Origin: Trichosphaerium sp. ATCC 40318
Lineage: Eukaryota > Protista > Tubulinea
NCBI GenBank assembly: GCA_038496445.1
Contig: JALMLS010000424.1
Span: 62,001-126,000 of the forward strand
DNA: 64,000 nt
Direction: 5' to 3'
The translations under genes and the position numbers were made by a program. Under the pieces are notes generated by a model that was not told the origin of the DNA, searched no databases, and saw only the letters and a program-made list of their open reading frames with translations. Shown here piece after piece: positions 52,315-62,095 of the stretch (within the stretch, counting starts at the first letter, position 1; each line of letters begins with the position of its first letter).

Positions 52315-52868
52315 ATGGCTGTTTTACTATCTTCACAACCACTATGGCGCGTTTTCTCCAGCCCATCAGACGATTTTGAGGACGGATCGTACTTGTACTC
52401 GCCCAAAGCTTGTCACACCCTCGGCAGACGAAAACTACTAGCCGTGCTCGGCTACACACAAGAGACCGAGCTCAAGGAAGCCATAGAAACACAAATAGAG
52501 GAAGAAGTAAGTTGTCGCTTTTGTTTATTATTACTGCTGTTTTCTAACTCTGTTTCGCCTAGTTTTTACATTGTGGCCCTTATAACCAGTGTGTTGGCCG
52601 CCCGAAGGTACGAAATTTTTTTAAATTGTTTTACATGTAGTGGAATGTTGTCTAAATTTTCTCACCAGATTGTTGTTCATAAACATTCTAAAGCCTGTAA
52701 ACTACTGGGTTATGACCCAAGCGAAGCAAAACTGCAAGACATTCTTGGCATAGATGACATTGAAGAGGTAAATTCGCCCTTTTGTTATTTGTTCGCCTAA
52801 TAATATCACAGGCCATCAAAGAAGCCCAAAATACAAGTGAAGAGGATGAAGAGTGGTATTTGTTTTAA
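52315..52868 (+). CDS. Small acidic hypothetical protein with an internal repeat
   Basis: Three GT-AG introns give a continuous frame. Repeat KACHTLG..KLLAVLG / KACKLLG..KLQDILG. Confidence 0.6.
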
Positions 52869-53540
52869 CTTCTAACCAAAAAAAAAAAAAAAAAAAAAAC
52901 TAAACTAAACCAATTTTTGTTCGGATTAACTTCTTACAACCGAACTAAAAACCAACCCCTGTGAATAAGTAATATGTGTACAATAAAATAAAACCTAAAC
53001 AAGATTAAAAAGTGACTGAGTTGATCAAATCCCAAACTAACACTAACAGACATTTTCGCTTTCTTGCGTTATTTACGCGCTGTTTTAAAATTATGACGGA
53101 GAAAAAGAAGAAAACCGCAGGTGGCAGATTTTTTAGTACTTGAAATCTTGTTCACTGATTTTCGCCACTCTAGTAACAAACTTTTGGCACAGTTGGCACA
53201 TATATAATAGTACATAAGGATATGTTGTACCAGACTTGGTTCCAATCAAAAATAGGATAGAGAATCCTTTTACAGGATTAATTTGGTAAAAGATCGAATG
53301 AAGGTCTAAATGGTAGTCGTGACGTGTACCAACGCGATTTGTGCAATGACCAGAAATTAAAAGAAACGTGCGTTAGTTTATCCGCAATATCAAAAAAGTA
53401 TTTTGGAGCGCGTGGAACTAACGCTTGCGTTGCGAGTGTGTACCCAAGTGGGTGGATAAACGTATTCGTGTTAAGACCGAAGTTAAGGCGCCTTTGTCCG
53501 CTTTTTATCCGCAAAGTCTTAAAACACTTCTACCTTCGCA

Positions 53541-56459
53541 ATGGGCTTCCTCACCGACGGAAAGACCCTATCTTGGGAGGAAGCAAAGAAAGTCGCTAAA
53601 AAAATACGCAAGCACGGTATAATACAGTTCCTACACATATACGAGAATTTGAAAACGCGCACAAACGATAAGCTACTATGGGGCGACGAGGTGCGCTGAT
53701 ATGGCTATTAACGAGTCGAACTAACGCTGTGCGAGGTTGAATACGTAATTGTTACCTTTTCAAAAGAAGGAAAAGGTGTAAAACTATCCCTGCGCGCCAG
53801 TGACATTCTAGGTGAACACTTGACGCCTGACGATCCTAAGAGGTACTAAATTACCTCACTTCGGACACACAATATTCAAACAAACCGTGTAGTGGAGCAT
53901 TGTGGCGCCCTGAGTACGGCAAATTTATGGTAGAGGGTACGAATACCATCCACTAGGCTTCGTTTTATACACATACCCCAATAGTAACAAATTGTACCAG
54001 GTACACCTGGAAAGCCTTATGGATGCTCCTACAAGTGTATCATGTGTGTAGAGGGTAGTATGAAGCAAAGGTATGCGCTCTGGATACTTACCGCCGGTTT
54101 CTCCCTTTCAATTTGTTTTTTTTTTTTTTTGAGTTGGTGAATAAAATAGTGGAAATGGATCTTTGACATATGCCGTAGGCGTAAAATCATACAGAAGTTG
54201 CTAAACCCTTCTGAGATGATTTTCTCAATTACTAACTTCCCTATGCTTGGTGTGGGACAGTTCACCAACCCACCTACACAACCAGGAGGTCCTGTGACAA
54301 AGTGCGAACACATTTTACCTCCAAAAGCTCAGTTGTTTTCACCATGATTTTCCAACAGTCTAAATCTTACTCCTTTCAAGGTCTATGTACACATCAGATA
54401 ACATAATACACCCTCACGTTCGTTTCAGGTAAAATCTTTAACAATTGTAAAACATAATTAATTAACACCACGTGGAGTACAAAAAAACCAAATCCATCAA
54501 CATGGCGAAAAAACTCTTCTCAACTTTGGTTTTAGTCTAAAATTTTATCGCTGATTCGTTTAGTACCTTAACTGGGAATATTCGCGAAAGACGTGGTAGC
54601 AAAGTCGCTATCAATGTGCCATTGTTCAAGGATGTTAATACAAAAGAACTGACATATCCTGCATCTGAAACTCAAGCACTTAAAGACCATATTTATATGG
54701 ACTCCATGGCTTTCGGTATGGGACAATGCTGCTTGCAGGTATTGTTGTACAACAATCTATACACTTTTGGAAATAACAATCGAAAAAACAGGTTACATTT
54801 CAGTGTCGTCACATAAATGAAGCACGTGATTTTTATGACATGTGCAATCCACTCGCACCTATTATGGTATGATTTTCTTTTTCCACAAAAAATTGTTGGC
54901 TTACCAGTTGTATAGCTCGCTGTAACTGCTGCAACACCAATTTTAAGAGGTTTCCTTGCTGATACAGATGTAAGGTGGAAAGTAATATCTGATGCTGTAG
55001 ATGATAGAACACTTGAAGAGCGTGGTTTGAAAGTAAGAAGAAAATAAGAATTACTTTTATCAAGAGTGATACTAAATTATCTTTATTACTAGCCATTGAA
55101 AGACTCAGATTTTGTTATTCCTAAATCTCGCTATGACTCGATATCGACCTATATTGGCACTGGCAAATACTTTAAAGACTCGTATAATGACATCGATCTT
55201 GTTATCAACAAAGAAGCGCTTAAACAACTAACGGATGCTGGTATGTTTTTTTGAAAGCCTCTGTGGTAAAACTTGAACAACCTAAAACTAACTTTGTCTC
55301 AAGGTATTGACACACGCCTTGCTCGCCATGTGGCACATCTATTTACTAGAGATCCACTTGTAATCTACGACAATCGTATAGACATTGACGACGAGCAAAA
55401 CTCTGATCATTGGGAGGTAAGAACCGTGGGTTTTCCATATCTGAATTTACTAAGTTCACTTTCAGAATATTCAATCAACCAACTGGCAAACCGTCCGTTT
55501 CAAGCCACCTCCACCAGGTACACCTATTGGATGGCGAGTAGAGTTCAGACCAATGGAGGCACAGATGACTGACTTTGAAAACGCTGCGTTCGCTGTATTT
55601 ACGCTCTTGTGCACTCGGTACGTGATAAAAAAAATTCGAAACACGTGATTTTTGACGTGGAACACCACTACACGTGTATTTTCGCTGATTGGTGGTCCTG
55701 AGCTCACTATTACTCTAGTATTATCTCCACATTCAACTTGAATTTTTACATGCCGTTATCGAAGGTCGATGAGAATATGGCTACAGCACATAAACGCTCA
55801 GCTGTAGTTAAAAATCAATTCTGGTTCCGCAAAGTAATTATGCGTGAAAATCCTGATGGAACTCTAAAGTCTGACGATGAGATGGAAGATGATTCTTGCA
55901 TTTTGTGGACAGCTAATGAGATCTTAAATGGTTCTAAGGCACGTAGCAATCAACGACAAACAAAAAAAAAAGACACGAGTAGATTTCCTTTCTTATCTCT
56001 TTATTCCTTCATTATCGCTGATTATGTTACAGGATAAGAAATTCATTGGTTTAATTCCACTTGTACATAAATACCTAGACAAAATTGGATTCAGCGATCA
56101 AGCCCGTGTCCAGGTTAATAAGTATTTGAAACTAATTAGCATGCGTGCATCAGGTACATTAATGTGAATTCTTCTTTTTGAAGTTTTTTCAGTTTACCTT
56201 CTCTACGCGCTCTAAATAACTTACTAAACCTCTTGCAGGAGAACTTATTACCCAAGCTGCCTTTACACGTAAATTTGTTATGAATCACCCAGATTACAAG
56301 CGCGATTCAGTTGTAACAGAGTCAATCACCCATGACTTATTACAGGAGTTTATTGCAATTGAGACTGGCGCAAAAGTCGCACCAGAGTTTTTGGGAGACT
56401 TATACAATGCTAACTGGGAATGGAAAGAGAAGATTGACGTGGATGCTAATTGTATATGA
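53541..56459 (+). CDS. GCLC: Glutamate-cysteine ligase catalytic subunit (eukaryotic type)
   Basis: [67 protein letters not shown] and [10 protein letters not shown]. Confidence 0.97.
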
Positions 56460-56975
56460 GTGCGAGCCTCCACAAGTGGCGCACATTGAAGCAATTGTTT
56501 ACTTAATTAATAAAGACTATAAAATGACACTTGTGTTAGTTTTTTTGAGTTGTTTTCTCCAAGGAACCGCGCTTTGCAGTTTTATTAAACTTCGCTTTAG
56601 TATGAATCCCCGGTACGCTTAGTAGTGTATTTAAACAATATAGTGTAGTTAAACCAGTTTGAGTGAAGGCTATTGTCTACAAAAAATAACTGAATGGTAC
56701 ACAAACTAGAAGCGTATTGGCATAGGCGCTGCGCGTCAAGGAAATGGCTACATAGTCTTTTAATCCAAAGCGGGGTTATAGCTTCGAAATTACTACAACA
56801 CGTTTTCTTTCAAATTCCACGTGGCCTGTAAAACCCCACACGCGTACCAACTCCGCTTTTTTTTTGTTTTCAGCACACGTGTACATTAAATAGTTAAGTA
56901 TTTCAAAAACTGTGCAGCTACTACAGTCCGCTTTAAGTGCAGTCTTTAGTTATCAATCCAACACGCCACAAACAA

Positions 56976-58403
56976 ATGTTACAACTCCTCTTTGTTTTGC
57001 TAGTCACCTGTACGTTTTAAAACATAACACCACCGCTATTTACGTCCCATGCTAACCAACACGCAGCACAAGTCGCTCTCGCCAGAGAGAATTGCTTCTG
57101 CCTTTCCGTACCGTCTTGTACCTGTACAGAGTCAACTGATGTCGATTTTCCAACCTGTGCTACATGTACAGACTGCGAAACAGCGTTTGCCTCCTGTACT
57201 AACATCGTAAATGCCGGAAACATCGCTACTTTGGGTCAGAGTGGAGGTTCGTCTTACAAAATTAGTTATTTTCAGGTTTTGTATTTTTTTTTTGTAATTT
57301 TTTTCAATCAAAAAAGCGTCACGTGTATGTTTTGTTTTGTAAACTACAAATAATAATGTCTTGCTTACATTTTCGTACTTTAGGTCCAACTGTAGATTTG
57401 GATCAAAACACAGCGTGCCTTATCGTTGACGGCGTTACTATTAACCAAAAGATAACCGGAGGCGGAGATCATTGCATTCGTATCCAAAACGGAGCTACTG
57501 TGAATGGAGATATTGAAGCCAAGTGGGGTACTGATTGCATAGAAGTGTTATCAGGTTCAACAGTAAACGGTCTCGTAAGCGGAGGTAAGCACAAAACAAA
57601 AAAAAAAAAAAAAACAACTCAAAAAAATTTGACGTATTTGATAATTGTCTAAAAGCGTTACTTTAGATTCTCAGGTCAACTGCTTGCGTGTAAGAGACAG
57701 TTACGTCGAGAGAACGGAGTTAGGAACTACTACGGATTGTATAGTCGCCGTAGACTCAACATTTGGAACAACTTCAACTTCTGTTGCGATTAACGGAAAG
57801 TCCGGTAATGATTGTTTGATTATCTCTAACACCGTCGTCAATGGTGACATGACCGGATCAAGTGGAGATGATTGCGTAGAAGCTACCGGTAGCTCTGTAA
57901 TCAATGGCGACTTCAAAGGAGAAAGTAATGAAGATGTCATGTACCTTAAAGATTCTACAGTTAATGGAGGCGTCTTGGCTTCAGATGGTGACGATGTTGT
58001 TGCTGTACTTGGATCAACTGTCACAGGGAATGTAGAAGGCAGCAATGGTGCGTTTTCTTTGGGCTGGTTGTCACGTATTCAAATCCTCTTTTTTTCGATT
58101 TTTTTTGTTTTCACGTCCTAGCAAAGGCCGGTGTTAGCTTTCTTGCAATCTATATTACCTTCGACAATTTTTTTACAATCTCGTATTGATGGTGATTTAG
58201 GCGACGACGAAATTACAGTCACACAATCTAACGTTTCTGGATCCGTTACTGGCCTAAACGGAAATGACGAAATGGTTGTATGTTCGAATACTGCTGTTGG
58301 TTCCGTAGATTCTGGATTTGGTACTGATGTATGTGCTTCTGACGTCACTACCTCCGGTTGCGAAAAGGATCTCACTTGCTACACATTTGAAGATAAACCT
58401 TAA
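56976..58403 (+). CDS. Secreted beta-solenoid protein with RTX-like GxxGxD repeats and a Cys-rich N-terminus
   Basis: Signal peptide, then CFCLSVPSCTC...CATCTDCETAFASC. About ten 19-aa repeats such as NGKSGNDCLIISNTVV and TGSSGDDCVEATGSSVI. Confidence 0.75.
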
Positions 58404-58620
58404 AAGTTAGTTAACCACCCCACACCCCACAACACCCTTTGTCCATTAATAACAATTAAAAAAAATGTTTGAATACAAAAGTTTAAGTGATGTGAGGTTA
58501 TCCTACACCTACGTTATAGGTTATCAACGCGGTACAAGTATTGCTCAGGCAGCAAATTTTCTCATAATCTTAGAATTAAACTTGTAATCAAGTTCTATTT
58601 TTTTTATCGATCTTGAAAGG

Positions 58621-58631
58621 AAAAAAAAAAA
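58621..58631 (-). terminator. Pol III terminator (T-run) after tRNA-Leu
   Basis: Eleven T on the minus strand immediately 3' of the tRNA-Leu discriminator. Confidence 0.8.
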
Positions 58632-58719
58632 TGCAGAGAGTGGGACTCGAACCCACACGTGGTTACACACCACACTGCGTCCTTAACGCAGCCTCATTAA
58701 CCAATTCGAGCACCTCTGC
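58632..58719 (-). tRNA. tRNA-Leu(AAG)
   Basis: GCAGAGG/TCTCTGC acceptor stem, CTGCG-TTAAGGA-CGCAG anticodon arm, long variable arm, GGTTCGAGTCC T-loop. Confidence 0.92.
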
Positions 58720-58727
58720 AAGGTATG

Positions 58728-58798
58728 TGGGACAACCAGGAATCGAACCTGAACTGCAGCACCTTCAATGCCATGTGCTTCCATTACACCATTATCCC
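58728..58798 (-). tRNA. tRNA with GAA anticodon (nominally Phe), atypical body
   Basis: GGGATAA/TTGTCCC acceptor, GTGT/GCAC D-stem, TGGCA-TTGAAGG-TGCTG anticodon arm, 4-nt variable loop, GGTTCGATTCC. Confidence 0.8.
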
Positions 58799-59299
58799 TT
58801 TTGCTTCTATTAGATAGAAGTACCGCATGCAACCCGTCAAAACTTATGAGGCTACTAAAATGCTGTACCCAATACGTCATTCCCAGCAACAATTGCAAAT
58901 AAATAAAACGATTAAAACATTACATTTTTGAAAAAGACGGGCCTACTCTGACCACCATCGCATTCTTTATATGCGAAGCGTGTGCTAATACAATTTCTCG
59001 CCTGTTATCGCTTTTTGTATCACACGTGAAGGCATGTGTTGGTGACAAATTTTAAAACGTACCTCCATCACTACTTCGTAAGCTCCTCGCGAAGCCAAAC
59101 CCAATGCCGCGTTTCAAAACGGCAATAATATTGCACAATACTTACACCAATCCACATGTGGGAACTGTCGTTAGCTGCACCAGTTCTAGTTTAGGCGAGA
59201 GGCGTACCTTATCTCGCACTGGCAAAACAGCACAATTTTCTTTGTTTTGTGAGGTTTGGTTTAGTTATTATCCTACAGCGTTTTGGTGGTTTCATTGGC

Positions 59300-62095
59300 G
59301 ATTTTAGTAAGGGTCGTTGCGATTCGCGACGCACAGGAAAGGAGGAACGGAGGTAAAACGAGCGAATTCGGGACATACAAAAGCAAAAATGAAGTGTACC
59401 GAGTAGTTTTGTGGATTTTTTTTTTTTAGTGGATACGAAAAAATTTCAAAAAAAGAGCGTACAGTACGGTTTGAGTCCAAATCGAGCGTTTGAACGCGAA
59501 GAAGAGAGAATCAAGGGGCTCCAGGGGCAAAGGAAAATAAAAAAGAGCGTAACTGTTTGGCGCGGGCGGGCACAACGCTGAAAAGTTTTTTTTTGGGTCG
59601 CATTTTTCTGGAGATGAACCAAAAAACCGCGATAAAAAGTGCTGTAAGCGATGTTTTTGGAATAAAAAGTGAAGCCAGGGACCGCGAAAACTGGATATTT
59701 TCAGGAAAGAGTCCCAGTCTTACAACCGTGTAGCCTAACGGAGGCGTAAATGGAGAAAAGACTATGAGGCACCAACGAAAAAATAATTCCCCTAAACCGC
59801 CAGGCGATTTACCTGCGAGGAAGGGCGTTAAAAAAAAATGAGCAGTTGGGCGCGTACAGAAATCGATTCTCTTCCCTTGGCGAAATTGAGAAGACAAAAA
59901 AAAAGGATCGGTCAGTCGCGAGCGTACAATTTTTGTATGCATCTTAAAAAAAACCGCGCAGCCTTTGTTATTCCCAACGAAAGAGCCCACAGGGAGTGTA
60001 CGATGACTATGGGTCCGCCCGTCGTGCAGCACATTTGCGGTGACTCTGCTATCACACTTGAATCATACTCCTATACGTTGATCGAGTGCTGAGGGTAGAG
60101 AGCAAGGACCTAGGACGCTGTTGTCTTCTACCACATAAGCACCCTATATTGGAAGATTGTAATATTAAAAAGCTTACATCAGTACAAAGGGCAGTGGTAA
60201 TCGATTTCTGGCTCCATCCACCCCTCAACATCTGAGAATATATGGTGGCATGTCTCTCTGTAAACTACAGAAACAGGTTGCCAAGCATAGCGGAAAGGCT
60301 AGTCTGTATTCATCTATCGCGAGAACAAGAAACTTTATTGAGTTTTTGTGAGCGTTTTTGAGCATATGACTGTAAGTCCTGTTTGCTGTGCAACCTCAGT
60401 AAAAATCCCTTTCTTCTCAAGTGAAGATTGGATATCAGCGTTTTAGTTGCGCTTACGCACATGCACATACACCACAGTGATGGCTACTCTAGCTTTTCTT
60501 ATGTGATAGAAAAGGACGAGTTACCACTCGCCTCTTAGTATATCCATCGATGACGATGCCAGTTGGTTATGTGTGTATGTAATAAGCAGCTATTTTAATA
60601 CTGTATCCACTTCCAATAACAGAGGGTTCTCTTCTAACATTATAACGCACAGTTTTAAAAAAAAAAATTTGAAACGAGCGTAGAAATGTTAATCGAGTCC
60701 TTGGGTATGTGTATGTAACTCTCAATGAGACACATAACAACGACACCTAATAATGGTGAACGTTGTTTAGTGACACGAAAGTAGTCCGCTTATGTATATC
60801 GTTTGAGATACAACACCATCATTGTCCCGAGTGGGCAAAATGGTATTGTTTACAAACACATAGACAATTTGTACACTCCTCCTTCATCTTATCTCTGTTA
60901 TGAAAAAATAACAGATTGATAAAGAGATGTCGATCGAGTCATTTGTCATCAACATGCTGTAAATGAGTTTTGTGGCCCTCAGTGGGCAATAGCTTAGAAC
61001 AGTCAATACTTTAAGCATTTAGTATGAAGCCCTCAGTGGGCAACAACTAACATGTATACAAAACAGATATGATATCTTCTAGCATCAGAACACTTTGAAG
61101 TGTAGAAATGCTAATCGAGTCATACTGATAGACTTTCATTCTCTTCTAGCATTAGAACACTCACTAAGAGGTGTAGAAATGCTAATCGAGTTGCAAGTCT
61201 TAAAAGTACATGTTTCCAAGTGTGTGAGTTAATCACACCAATACGGTAGTGTACAAAAGAATGGCAGATTGAAGCCCTTAGTGGGCAACAACCTACCATA
61301 TGTATGAACTTGTGTTTCTCTTCTAGCATTATAACACCCATTTGGAGTGTAGAAATGCTAATCGAGTTCAGAGTCATACAACAATACAGCTCTAAGTATG
61401 TGCAAAGTCACATGCTTAGGTGGACGACAGGAGTCAAAGTGCTCCAATCAATCCGCAAAAGCTGTATCACATCCAAAACAACCCAATGGAAAGACAAAGT
61501 ATCAAGTACTTGGGTAATAATAGATGTGAGCCTGAAGCAGAAATGTGAAAAGGGCAAATTGACGGAAAGGCACACAAGCCAAGTACATCAACACAACAAG
61601 TGTAGCCAAGTTGCTACAACTTGAAGACTCAACAAGGAAAGGCACAGTCCAAGTACTTGAATAGTAAACAAAATCAAAACAAAAAGAGTGTATGAAAAAT
61701 GATGCAGTTGCAAGCTATTACCGACGATGCCTCAAGGGCTACTCAGTAAAAAATAGGCATGACTCATCAAGAAAAGTAGTCCTTTAAAAGACACAACCCT
61801 ATGCTGTTGTGGCAATGTGCTCTATGAGCATCTCTTGCCATAAAAACCATAACCAAGACACATCAGCTTCTTCTCCAACAAGAAAGGCTGATGTTGTCCG
61901 GCACCAGGTATTTGTGATGTTCATCAAAAAGACTTTCATCTTACATCCTCCTTGAAAGAGAATAGGAATAAAGATTGAATGGTTTCTTATGAAGTTCATT
62001 CTTCAAAAAACCACCTAAAAACCTCAACCACCTTTGGTCTGATGAGAATTTATTTTAAATGCAGCTATCTGCTTTAAAAACTCTGATGCAAAAGG
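59300..62095 (+). other. rDNA upstream spacer: putative promoter region and 5' ETS
   Basis: Non-coding, lacks splice-type structure, contains repeated hairpins, lies directly upstream of the SSU 5' end. Its left boundary is approximate. Confidence 0.7.
60629..61367 (+). repeat. Interspersed hairpin repeats of two types in the rDNA spacer
   Basis: Type A TCTTCTAGCATT..ACAC...GTGTAGAAATGCTAATCGAGT at 60629, 61074, 61141 and 61318. Type B GCCCTYAGTGGGCAA at about 60975, 61029 and 61274, with a variant at about 60823. Confidence 0.85.

Noticed and set aside
52878-52899. Long A-run as a retrotransposon poly(A) tail
   Set aside because: The upstream gene retains its introns, no target-site duplication is visible, and homopolymer runs are common throughout the window.
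55618-55718. Intronic box C/D snoRNA in GCLC
   Set aside because: CTGA boxes are present, but there is no proper box C, terminal stem or evident rRNA guide sequence.
60629-61367. Spacer repeats as a CRISPR array or twister/hammerhead ribozymes
   Set aside because: Spacing is irregular, the context is eukaryotic rDNA and there are no cas genes. The hairpins lack the twister P4 and pseudoknots and the hammerhead CUGANGA...GAAA core.
62039-62090. CTGATGA as a hammerhead ribozyme core
   Set aside because: The stem is followed by TGATG rather than GAAA; a box C/D arrangement fits better.
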